NCBI GenBank assembly: GCA_002189035.1
Contig: NEEC01000016.1
Location: 186,001 to 250,000, forward strand
From: Utricularia gibba
Taxonomy: Eukaryota; Plantae; Magnoliophyta
Length of the DNA stretch: 64,000 nucleotides
Direction of reading: 5' to 3'
A program made the position numbers and the translations under genes. Each line of letters begins with the position of its first letter. Position 1 is the first letter of the stretch. A model generated the notes under the pieces. That model saw nothing but the letters and a program-made list of their open reading frames with translations, was not told the origin of the DNA and did not search any database. This document shows positions 41,226-53,568 of this stretch, piece after piece.

Positions 41226-41272
41226 ATATATATAGATATATATATATATATATATATATATATCTATATCTA
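41226..41272. repeat. (TA)n microsatellite with self-complementary flanks
   Basis: atatatatagatatatatatatatatatatatatatatatctatatct is read directly from the sequence. Confidence 0.9.
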
Positions 41273-41671
41273 TGTATTCGCTCAAATATATTATTACTGC
41301 ATTTATATATTTCATAATAAAATATTACAATAGGCATATATTATGCAATAATAGCAAATCCCGACCTATAAATTAGAATGCTCTAATATAGTATATGAAC
41401 GATTTGAATATTTTTTTATAAATTTCATGAAATAATATTACTACCATAAATTTAATATATATTTTTTGTTTTACGGGTGTCTATTTTTTAAGAAATTATA
41501 ATCCCAAAAATGCTGACGTAGGAGTAGTGTAGCGTTATGTGGAAAGGTGGAAATCCAACGCGGATGATGGTGATTGGCTGAGGATGATGTCCTTCGGTTA
41601 CCGTGTGGGAGCTCGCAGACAATCCCTGCCCCCTCCCGCTGCAACACACAACACAAGCCGACGCGCAACGT

Positions 41672-41690
41672 TGCCGTAAGCAGTGACGTT
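41672..41690 (+). promoter_or_regulatory. as-1-like element (TGA factor site)
   Basis: TGCCGTAAgcagTGACGTT aligns without gaps to CaMV as-1 TGACGTAAgggaTGACGCA. It lies about 900 bp upstream of the ATAF-type NAC ATG. Confidence 0.55.
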
Positions 41691-41716
41691 ATTTAAGCTC
41701 GCTTCGTTCCTGCCGT

Positions 41717-41732
41717 CCACGTGGCACGCAAG
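41717..41732 (+). promoter_or_regulatory. G-box (CCACGTGG) overlapping an MDM-type NAC site (CGTG-N5-CAAG)
   Basis: Sequence ccacgtggcacgcaag. 41720-41732 is the reverse complement of the CTTG-N5-CA(A/C)G consensus. Confidence 0.5.
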
Positions 41733-42583
41733 TCGGCAAGTTGCCACCCCCCCCCCCCCACCCTACCCCTACCCTTGCTAATAAAACAAATGTTATTAAA
41801 AAAAGGATTTTTTCGTACATCTTAGAAATAATTTTTATCTCATAAATCATTTTTAATTTCAAAAAATGTACCATTTGAAAACTACATCTATTTGGTAAAC
41901 GTGTTCTCCAATACACGTTTTTATTTGTAAAATATTTATATAATAATTCTCCTTTTCAAAACTATTATATTATGTAAGGTCTATTAATTAAATAAGTTTT
42001 AGATTTTCTTTTTAATTGATTACAAATACTTCTATCAAATGTAATAATATCTTAGCTTAACACTTGTGAAACTTATTTCTACACATATTTTAAATTATAA
42101 TTATATGATACATATTTATCTAAATATAAATAATTAAAATAGATCATTAATTAAATTGGTATATCATACTTATCCTATTAAAGTGATGGGAAACATTTGT
42201 TAAGTTAGGTTAATTGATGAGAATTCAAATTATGAGCCATTTAGAAAACTAGTTACTCTAATAATCAATTTTTAAACATACGAAGTCCACTTTTCTAATA
42301 CATAATTAAAAGTGTTGGGTTCTGATTTTATTTAAAGAAAAAGGGTAAAATGTGGTGAAAGTTAAGATAAGCTTTGAATAATCAAAATGTGGTAAAATGG
42401 CTCATGAGTGGGGTCCACGCAAAGGCAACACGTGTTGAGCCTAGAATCTTCCAGTATAAAATGGCGTCTCCCTGCCTTGAAAAATCTTCGTTCTGGTGGC
42501 AAGCGTTTAGTGGTGGGAGGAGGAGAAGCTGTAGAAAGTGCGTTGTCTCTTGTTTTTGCCGAGTCTTGGGATTGGGAAGAAGA

Positions 42584-43719
42584 ATGAAGGGAGCGTCGCA
42601 GTTGGATTTGCCGGCGGGGTTCAGGTTTCACCCCACGGATGAAGAGCTCGTGGAGCATTATCTTTGCCGGAGGTGTGCGGGGCAGAGAATCGAAGCCCCC
42701 GTGATTGCTGAAATTGACCTTTATAGATTTGATCCTTGGGAGCTTCCGGGTAATTGACTTGATCCTTTCTCTCCTGTCTTTTTGTTTTTTCTGTTTCTGG
42801 AGGAATTGGAATTTGGGGATTTCCTATTGGGGTGTCGTCGTTGTGATCGACGGACTGCTTCGATTTGTGGGAGTTTGGCTTCATGTTTCAATTGGGTTGC
42901 AGGTTTCTCACTTTACGGTGAAAAGGAGTGGTATTTCTTTTCTCCCCGAGACCGGAAATATCCCAACGGTTCACGGCCCAATAGGGCGGCAGGAACTGGA
43001 TACTGGAAAGCCACCGGAGCTGATAAGCCGGTCGGGAAACCGAAGACCCTGGGAATAAAAAAGGCGCTTGTTTTTTACGCTGGAAAAGCTCCCAAGGGCT
43101 TCAAAACCAATTGGATTATGCACGAATACCGTTTAGCTAACGTGGATAGATCTGCTGGGAAGAAAACCAATTTGAGGGTACTCACCAACTCTCTTCTTAT
43201 CTACTTATGTGTGTGACTCCATCTGGGATGTGTTGCTTACTTGTGTGGATATGGTGGCAGCTTGATGATTGGGTATTGTGTCGAATATACAACAAGAAGG
43301 GAACTCTGGAGATATACAACAACGTTAACCAGAGGGAGGTGCACTTTTCTGATAGTGAAGAACAGAAGCCAAACCTGGACTTGTACCACCAGCAGTACAA
43401 TGGAGCCATAAAACCATCACCCATGCTTCAGGCTCCTCAACCGTTCCTAACTCGGCCAAAGGACGAGTCTCTTCATTTTGAAACCTCCGATTCCCTTCCA
43501 AAACTGCACACGGACTCGAGTAGCTCCGAGCAAGCACCATGTCCGGAGTTCAAGGAGGTACAGAGTGAGCCCAAGTGGTCTGAAATGGAGAGCACTCTAG
43601 ATTTGCAGGTGAATTACCTGGATGGATTTCAAGACGAGATTTTTGGATCACAGATGGGCTACAGTGATCAGCTCCCTCTTTTCCAAGACATGTTTGCTTA
43701 TGTACACAAGCCCTTCTAA
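42584..43719 (+). CDS. ATAF-subfamily NAC transcription factor (ATAF1/2, ANAC102-like); exons 42584-42749, 42903-43177, 43261-43719
   Basis: [83 protein letters not shown] and end [17 protein letters not shown]-like tataaa lies at about 42455. Confidence 0.96.
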
Positions 43720-46700
43720 CCAAACATGGCATTGGAACTCTCAGTTGCAGAGAAGTGGATTCTTGATTCACAATCAAGCATCACGAAGCCCCAGCCCAGA
43801 GAATAAGCAGCAAAGATGATGCCCAAATCTTACCCAGGGATGGATGGATCACTGTAATGTTAGCTCTAGAACGATGAACCTCGGGGCTCCACAAGTATGC
43901 CTTAATTGTTTGTGATGTCTTTGGTCAGGCGCATCCCCTCTTCACGCTCTGACCAGACAAGATTGAAACATTAGGCATTGCCTGTAACCTCACTCACAAG
44001 ATGTATCATTTATTAGTTCTTTTTGTTGCACCCGACCAGACAGCATGAATAAGAGTATTATGATCATTCATATTACTTTTGAGTATGATTAGTTCATCCT
44101 TAATTATATTTAACAATAATGATGATTGATTATATGTGATTTAGTAAATATAAACACAAATTCTTTTAAAACTATTTGGATATAATGTATCATCATTCAC
44201 ACTCATTTTATACAATATTAATTATTTTAGATATTCACGCGTTTTATACTATTTTATTCCAAAAAAAAGATTTCATACAAAATTAAAATCATTTATATTA
44301 TAGAGTGAGAATTATGTACCTAATTTTATGAGAATGTCAAAGTGCAACAACTGTCATCTCCAATGCAAAACACGCAGAGGGCCCATCACGTGGACAGCTG
44401 TAGTACCTTCCAATGGTTTGGGCCGGAACTCGATGTACTCCGGTTGTCTTATGGGTAAAAAAAATAAGGCTCAAAAAAGTCGCCTGAAACGGGCTTTAAA
44501 TAACAAAAAAGCCCAACGCACAAGTAATCCTGAAAACCATTCCGTACAATGAGAAATCTTCAAACATCTCATATGTTTACGTATGAAAAATGATTATTTT
44601 TTTATTTTAATATATGAGGTAAAATAAATAAATAATTAATTCTATAAATGATTCAATAGAACCTAAATAAAGAACTTATTGATTGTGTCATATCCATTTC
44701 ATTAATTTGAAAAATAATTACTACTATCTTTATTTCGTACACATAAATAAAATAAAATTATTGACATTGATCATTTTTTATACACAAAAAAATATTAATG
44801 ACGATTCTTCAAAATCATACCATTCAATACAGACTTGAATTTAATTAATGGCTTTTCAACCAATTATTTACCTAGTAAATTTCCTTTTCTAGTGGGTAGA
44901 GTATTAATTATTGCAAAATTTTCTGATTTTAATAAGGAAATTTGTTGATTTTTTATATTATTTTTTTGTAAATTTTCAACATTGCAACGCCCACGTATTC
45001 TAGTGAAAAAAAAAGATTATTTTCAAATTAACTTTTTAATTTTTTTCAAAATTTTTAATGCGAAATCCATTTTTCTTTTTTGAAATTCCAAAATTGATTC
45101 AAATGTTCAAAAGATGAAATGCGCTTGACTGAAATTAATAGTAAACTAGGCAAATTCAAACAATCGTGGGCCCCACTGAAGCACCACCAATCACTCACAC
45201 CGCCTTTTGATGCGTCGGGTCCAATGAACCCATCGGACCCGGGCCCATCGTTCACGTGTTGTACAACCCCCCCCCCCCCCCCCCTTTTATGGCCATCATG
45301 CATTTTACGTGAAGAATGGCTATCTATCTATCTTCATGCCCCCATTAAATCAATCATTTAATTATTTTTTTATATTAAATCCTAAACCCTAAATTCATAC
45401 CCCATCCACCAAACCCTAATAGGTTTTTATTTTCTTTATTCTTCTCAAAATTATCCATTTTCTACTGAAGGCTAATTCTTGGCTTACCCTAAAGAAGAAG
45501 CATCTACCAATTGCCATACCAAGCTTGGGATTGTATACCAAAGATTATTCAAGTATTTTATAAATCATACGTGTGTATTAAAATATTACAAATCTAAATA
45601 TTGTCAAAGTGATGGATAATGAGAGTTTCATTAAATACATATGCATGTATTTCATTTATCTCCTATCAATGAAACACCTCATCAAAGTCTTTCAACTGAT
45701 TATATATATTTTGATTCATACTTTTTTTATAATATCATTCGTTTCGAATATTTAATTATCATGATTTTATATTTTACCTCTTAACATGTCATATCTCTAA
45801 TCGTTATCTAATGCGGCATACCGTCAATAATACTATAACCTTACACTTTAACTACTTCATTAGAATATTAATCTCCATAAACTTTCTCTTCTCGTAGATC
45901 ATAATCCTCCAAATGTAGTTGGGTGGCAACTACGTAGCATTATGTGGGAGATTTGAATAGTAGAGTTAGGTCTCACGATGGAGTCAAATGGAGGAATCAA
46001 TGGCATTGAATCCCCCCGACAGTTCCATTCGTATCGCAGATGCCTCGCACCCAGACCCAACTCCGAACACTCCAATCGTTCACGTGATAGCAGCAATCCG
46101 CCGCGCAACGCCAAAGGGATCATAAATCGAATTGGAAACCTAAAAGTATTTCAAACCTGATTCTGCAAGTTACAGCCCCCAAGTGGGTATCATAATGAAT
46201 CATTTAAAAAAATGGTCATTTAATCTTTATTTACTATATATTATGACTACAATTTTACATACATGATATCAATTTGATAAAAATCATTTTTTTAGTCATA
46301 ATATTTGGTACATTTTCATTTTATACTAAAATAATATAACTTTTATAAAATTCAGTCAATAAGTTTACCAATTAACTTATTTATGGCATTTAGACAAAAA
46401 ATTCATCGAAACTAACTGTCATAACTAATATTCGGCATAATTGATAAAAATTGTGGAAAATTATTACAAGTGATAGTTAGTTTAGACTAGTTTTTGTCGT
46501 AATGCTATAAAAAATTAAGTGGTAAATTTCTTGACTGAATTTTGTACAAATTAAAATTTTCGATGTAAAATGAAAATATATCAAATCTTATGAATTAAAA
46601 AATAATTTTTATCAAACAATTTTATACTACACCGGTAGCTCGGAGAGATGAGGGTTCTCTTTGCTCCAGACAGTTTACAGTTCGGATTGCAGATTGGAGG

Positions 46701-48837
46701 GTGAGGGTGGACTCATGAATGATACGCACCTAACTAACTGCTGGTGCATGAAGAAGAGAGGAGATTAGTTGGTGCAATAAATGCCTGCCTCCAAGAGCAG
46801 CAGTTGCCGCGTTAGGTTCTTCTTCTGCCTGCATTCACTCCTCACTCCTACTACACTCTTCTTCTTCTTGTGGTTTGCTCAATAGAATAATACCAAAAAA
46901 CAAACAATTATTCTCTGTGGCTTCATTATCTCCATTCAATTCAATTATAGGGAGGGGTTTATTGTACTCTCCCTTTACTATACTCTAGTTCCATCCCCAC
47001 CCTACTCCCCCCTCCTTAACCAACCCTAATTTTCAAAATCCCTCTTAATTATTTGTGTTTAGATAAATGCATGTTATATGGTTATAATTGAAAGCATGTT
47101 TAGTAGACACGACGTCTTTAGAATATATAGAATCTGCTCAAAGTATGCCCATCCTCATTACAAATTGGATGTAGAGGAGATTGTGCTCAACCCCTAAATG
47201 TAGAATATATATGAGATTATGTAATCTTTTAGACATGGTAATGTTCAATATATATGATAACTTATTCATACATGTACACAAGCATGGAGAGATCTTTTGG
47301 AGTTTGCATCTTTAACACTGTATTTGATATTACATTTTTGGTTTTTGGTCGTTTATTACATCAGTTCATTTAGTGTAATAAAACCAATTTATTTGGCCAC
47401 TCTCAATTTTTTCTTCAAATTTTTGGGTCACCAAAATTATGTGTTTTGATCACAAACATATACTACACACGTATATTGATCAATGCATATAATATGGATT
47501 GATTCCCAATTCTGAAATTTAGAACTAGGGTTTAGTAATGAATGCATATTATAAGGCGCACGTGGTTGTTCTCTTCTCTTGCATATAAAGAGGCAAAAGG
47601 GGAGGTTGTCTATGTGTGAAGTGGTAGAGAGGCATCAGTGTTAGAATACAGAAATGGTATTAATATTATTATCAAAATGGCGGATTCCTCAGGGTCCCCT
47701 CCCTCTCCCTCCCGCATTGAACTGGAACTGGCGTGTCTGGAAAGAGGGCCACTCTGCCTCGTCTCCATCGCCATTCCATTCCGGCAACCAGCCTGCTCTG
47801 TAACACAAATCAAGGAATCATCCTCACCATTTACTCTTATTAATGTTGTTATTGTAATAACAATGCCAATTCATGAGAACGAGGCCACACGTGCATCGAT
47901 TTGTGTGACAGCCAAGGCAAGCCAAGCCGACGCCATTCACGTGCACCACCGCTTGCCCTAAACGAACCATCTCCTCTCTTGGGCACGGAAGCACATGCAA
48001 ATGTAATAACAAGTGAAATGTGTTTGAAATTGTTGCCTTGCAAATGCAATCATTTCCAGAAACTAATTTTATTACAACGAATTAAGAAAATATGTCAAAA
48101 GGGAGGCAGGCAGACATGATATCTGTGGTGGCATTTTAAAATAACATCCATAATAGAACAATGATTCCGAGGGGGCATAGGGAAATCATTGGTGCAATAA
48201 TGCAGTGTGAAGGGATGATGATTGGGGAAGAAGAGGACGATGAGGATGGTGGAGGTGAAGGTGCATCTTCTTCCCAATCACTGCAAAGGGAGGAAGGACT
48301 GGACTAAACAAAAGCTTCTTTCTTTTGTTTTGTGAGCCTTGGGAAAAAAGTTGAACAGCAGCAGCAGTTGGCAAAAGCAAGTGCAGGCAGTGGGGGCTCA
48401 ATGTCTACTGGTTTTGATCCCTAAACAGCAATCAATGCTCTCATAACTACCATACAAACAAAACAAATGGCTTTGTCTCTCTGGTGTAAAGCACAGGGAT
48501 TACATCCCATTCCTCTCCTGTGTTGTCTGCAATGAAAACACACTTTTTGCATAACACAAACCAGTTGAAGCAAAAGAGATAATCCAGTTTGAATCAAAGG
48601 GAAAAGAAGACTCTGCAATCAATATATTCTCAATTACTCCCATCAACCATCTTCTGCTTCTTCTTCCTCGCTACCCCTATGCCTTTATTGATTGTTGCCT
48701 TGTCTGCTTAAAGCAAGGTTTGTTCCTTTCAGGGGCAATATTTCATTTTTTTTTTCTTGGTTGAGGCGATCACACCTTTTTCGCTTGTCATGGTGAAACT
48801 TCATTGAGCCCCCTGCTGAGAAGAATTTGTGGAGAAA

Positions 48838-51007
48838 ATGGCTGCAGAGAAATCCTGTTCCAAAGGGCAGGCATGGTGAGTCATGAATTCAAGATTTGTT
48901 CTGTCATCTCTGCCGAGAGTTTTTTTTGTTTTTTTTGAATATGTTTCACTGATGCTGCAGGTTCTGCACAACTGGATTGCCCACTGATGTGAGAATCGAA
49001 GTAGATGATATGGTTTTTCATCTTCACAAGGTGCAGCAATGCGTACAGATTTACCTGAGATTTGATGCTCTGTTGTTGTTGTTGTTCTGAGGATTTCTGG
49101 GCTCTTTCAGTTCCCATTGATGTCCAAGAGTAGGAAGCTTCAAGAGCTGATTGAGGAGCAGGAGAAGAGATTTTCCGCAGGAAGCCAAGAGCGCCGCCGC
49201 AAATATGAAGAGATTCGGGAGGAGAGCGACGGTGGAGAAGAGGACGAGAAATGTTACATCAATCTCCCAGATTTTCCGGGAGGCTCGGTACCATTTGAAA
49301 CCGCCTTGAAATTCTGCTACGGCCAGAAAATTGAAATCTCTGCATCTAACGCCGCCGCGCTCCGCTGCGCCGCCGAGTACCTGGAAATGACGGAGGAGCT
49401 CTCCGATGGCAACCTTATTTGGATGACGGAAAGTTTCATATCGCAATCTGTTCTGAGAAACATCAAGAGTGCTCTGATAACTTATGCCTCATGCCAAAGA
49501 TTGTTGCCCATAGCGGAAAATTTGGGAATCGTCATGAGATGCATCGAGGCAATCGCCACCAAAGCCTCCGCCGCAGATCCGTCGTTGTTTGGCTGGCCCT
49601 TGAACGAGGATTCTGCTCCCTCCGGTAATGAAAGAGGGAAACCCATCTCAGGAAAGAGAGGCGGAACCGCCGCCGTTGGTTCATGGCTAGATGAACTTGG
49701 TCGTCTGAATATCCCCTTCTTCAAGCGATTGATATTCGCCATGAAAGCTCTGAATCTGCGCGGAGACGTTATCGAGATCTGTCTCATCCACTATGCGAAA
49801 AAGTACATTCCTGGAATTTCGCGCGCAGGACGAAAAGCAACGGCGTCATGCTGTACAGCGCCGTCGGAGCACGAGCAGAGAGAGCTTCTGGAGACGATAA
49901 TTTCCAATTTGCCGAAGGAGAAAAATCTCCGATCGGCCGGAAACTTATCCAGATTCCTTTTCGGATTGCTGCGAACGGCGTACATTCTCAACGCCTCTGA
50001 GTCTTCTCGATTAACAGTGGAGAAGAAAATCGGATCGCAGTTAGAGCAGGCGACTTTAGACGATCTGCTGATTCCCAGCTACTCATACTTAAACGAGACG
50101 CTTTATGATGTGGATTGCGTGGAAAGAATTTTGAGTCACTTTCTTCACGACAGAGAAAACCGATCCGCCGCCGGGGTCGGAGAAGACGACGGTGACAGCA
50201 ACCCCAGATCTGCAGCTTTAATGATGGTCGGCAAACTGATCGACAGTTACTTATCAGAGATCGCCTCCGACGCAAATTTGAAACCAGAAAAGTTCGTCGA
50301 TCTCGCCGCTGCCCTACCGTACCACGCCAGAATCTTCGACGACGGGCTTTATCGCGCCGTCGACGTCTATCTCAAGGTGTGTAAATCTCAAATTCCTTCT
50401 TCGATTGAACAACATTCACAAGTGTCTATCGAATTCGATAACAGCTACTGTTTCATCAAAATGACAGGCGCATCCATGGATCTCGGAAACGGAGAGGGAG
50501 AAGATCTGCAGCGTTCTCGATTACCAGAAGCTAACACTCGAAGCCTGCACCCACGCGGCGCAGAACGAGCGACTGCCACTGCGAGCCGTGGTTCAGGTGT
50601 TGTTCTTCGAGCAGCTTCAGCTCCGCCACGCGATCGCAGGAAGCATTCACACCGCCGAAGCATCCGAAGCCTCGGCGACGCCATCGACGGACGTCGTGGA
50701 AGAATCCGCGGCAGCGGTGGGAGAGTTAGCGCTGGTGCCACACAGTAACAACGGGAGGCGCGTGAACGAGAGCGACAATCAGGTGCTTCGCGTCGACATG
50801 GATAGCATGAGGACGCGGGTCCACGAGCTAGAGAGGGAATGCACCAGCATGAGGAAAGCGATCGAGAAGATGGGCCCAAAGTCACACGTGGAGAGACATG
50901 GTTGGATGGGCAGGTTCGGGTGCAAAATCAAGCCCCAGGTGTGCAATTCCCATGATCGGACGGTGCTGGATGCGAGGAAAGGTCGTGGTCACCGCAATAG
51001 CCATTGA
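48838..51007 (+). CDS. BTB/POZ-NPH3 family protein; exons 48838-48875, 48961-49030, 49111-50376, 50468-51007
   Basis: MAAEKSCSKGQAW/FCTTGLPTDVRIEVDDMVFHLHK/FPLMSKS, NPH3 domain LEQATLDDLLIP, YDVDCVERIL, DDGLYRAVDVYLK/AHPW, ACTHAAQNERLPLRAVVQVLFFEQLQLR and a coiled-coil tail. Confidence 0.95.
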
Positions 51008-52065
51008 TGCCTTCGACTCATTTTAAACTGGTATTCCTCTTTATTTACCCGTTCCCTCTGTTATTTTTTCCGAATAACACAGTAACTTTCTTCTTATAAA
51101 TTCAAATTTTAATTTTTTAATTGTAAATTCGATACCATTATTTTTAATTTAGGAACCCTTTTGTAGATATTAAAATGAGTTGTCAATAAAATTATTACTT
51201 TTCACCATAAGAAAAAAATAAAATTCTATTATAAATACAAAATTTAGTCTTAAATATTATTTTTTCAATATAGTATTATGTGGGATAAATAAATTCATAA
51301 ACAATAGACTTAGTAATGATAGAGTATGAACAAATGGTATTATTAAATATTAGAAAATAATAAATTACTAATTTTCCAAATAACATTAGTAGACCACCAT
51401 TATTTTTTTCTTACTTATTAAAATAAAAATTTTATTCAATTTGATCATTTTTTTGATACACATATAATATTGAGTTCGCATTTAATTATGTGGACCCTAC
51501 CCGAAAATCAATATTTAATGGTCTCTTCTTTTTAGAGTGGCCTTTTCCACAGCACAAGAAGACAAAATGTGGCAGAGTCGTGTCGCCCATGGGCCTGGCT
51601 CAGACACTTTATTAACAGAACTGGACTCTGTCACTTTTAGGGACGGCTCAATAGGCCTGCTAAAACCCTGGACCATGAAAAGCCTGGCCCAATAATAACA
51701 AAATTTATATTATCCAAATTAATAGTATTTTAAAATCCAAATTTAATCATAGTGTGGATTTGAAAATCTTTTTAAGTATATGTTGAATGAGATTCATTAA
51801 TATTATATAATATTTAAATCATTCCAAATAGGACAAGATATTATTATGCATTTTGGAAATTATTATTATTATTTAATAGTTTCTTGTGATAATAAAAATA
51901 AATGTGGGGAAGATAAGATATTGCCACGTGTAACGGGAGCCACAGGGACCAATCAAAATTCAGCTTATCCCAGTTACGTTATCCCTTCAACATCGAAAAC
52001 CATCTCCATAATTTCCTTGATCCTCTCCGATCCACTCATCTCTTCCTCCAAGCTCCAACCACAAA

Positions 52066-53226
52066 ATGGCAACGTCAATGCAGGCCGCCGCCACCCTCAT
52101 GCAGCCGGCGACCTTCGCCGTCCCCACCCGAGGCGCACTCCCCGTCCGATCATTGGGCAAATCGTTTGGATTCGAACCCGCGGCGTCGCGCCTCACTTGC
52201 TCCCTCCACTCTGATCTCAAGGAACTTGCAGTTAAATGCACGGACGCTGCCAAGATCGCCGGTTTCGCTCTAGCCACTTCCGCACTCGTTGTATCGGTAC
52301 AATATCAGTTTGCTTCACTCAAATTATGTGCAATTTAGGTTCCAATTTGCTATCGCATTGGCTGTTCCTGTGCCGTTGTTTCGTCACAAGAAAATCATTT
52401 GGCGGCACTAAAATTAAGCGCCGCTTTCTGGATGTGGTCGATGCAGAATTTCTTTTTCCTGTGACAGGGAGCGAATGCTGAAGGTGTGCCAAAAAGGTTA
52501 ACGTACGATGAAATCCAGAGCAAGACTTACTTGGAAGTGAAAGGAACTGGAACTGCAAACCAGTGCCCTACGATTGAAGGTGGAGTTGATGGTTTTACCT
52601 TCAAGTCTGGGAAATACAACGCCAAGAAACTCTGCCTGGAGCCAACTTCCTTCACTGTGAAAGCAGAGGGTGTAAACAAGAATGCTCCTCCTGATTTCCA
52701 GAAGACTAAGCTCATGACCCGTTTGACCTACACCCTTGATGAGATCGAGGGTCCTCTTGAGGTGTCTTCTGATGGAAAGCTCAAGTTCGAGGAGAAGGAT
52801 GGCATCGACTATGCGGCTGTCACCGTGCAGCTTCCCGGTGGGGAGCGTGTTCCATTCCTTTTCACAGTCAAGCAGCTTGTGGCATCAGGGACACCTGATA
52901 GCTTTTCAGGAGAATTTCTTGTTCCATCATACAGAGGCTCTTCCTTCCTCGACCCAAAGGGCAGGGGCGGATCTACTGGTTATGACAATGCAGTTGCTTT
53001 GCCGGCCGGAGGACGAGGAGACGAGGAGGAACTGGAGAAGGAGAACATTAAGAACACTGCATCTTCTACTGGGAAGATCACCTTGAGTGTTACTCAGAGC
53101 AAGCCTGAGACTGGTGAGCTGATTGGAGTTTTTGAGAGTATTCAGCCTTCTGATACAGATTTGGGCTCAAAAGCTCCCAAGGATGTCAAAATCCAGGGGA
53201 TCTGGTATGCTCAGCTTGAGTCATAA
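52066..53226 (+). CDS. PSBO: Photosystem II oxygen-evolving enhancer protein 1 (33 kDa); exons 52066-52296 and 52468-53226
   Basis: Bipartite transit peptide ending GANA, then [57 protein letters not shown] and [15 protein letters not shown]. Confidence 0.98.
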
Positions 53227-53568
53227 TGTGCATTTCTTGTTTTGAGAACGAATGTAACTCAACCAGAGCTGCCTGCTTATGATGATGATGTAATTGTTCC
53301 ATATACTACTCGAGTTTCTCAGATCAAGGTGTTCCTCCTTCTCGATCACAACACATTTCACCGCCCCAGGTCACGAACCTTGAGCAAAACGATGAAAACA
53401 TCAAAACAGCAAAAAACAAAAAAAATTTAGTTATATTGTTATATTCGTCACGCCTGTGAAGCAAAATTACTCAGAGACGGGGGTGCGTTTTCATGTACAT
53501 GCAAACGATGAGAGCAGCTCTGACAGACTCAGGGATTAGCTGCTTGAGGGATTCGCAAGCGTCTTCTG

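Noticed and set aside
44978-45004. Degenerate Helitron-like end (ttgcaacgcccacgtattCTAGt)
   Set aside because: No proper hairpin precedes the CTAG.
45899-46160. Possible LINE RNase H remnant
   Set aside because: The resemblance is too faint and no catalytic D/E/D pattern can be aligned.
47909-47930. CAGCCAAGG start resembling miR169
   Set aside because: Only 9 nt match, the rest diverges, and there is no complementary star arm.
49117-50748. 543-aa ORF as the full NPH3 protein
   Set aside because: It lacks exons 1-2 and reads through intron 3; the spliced model restores the conserved motifs.
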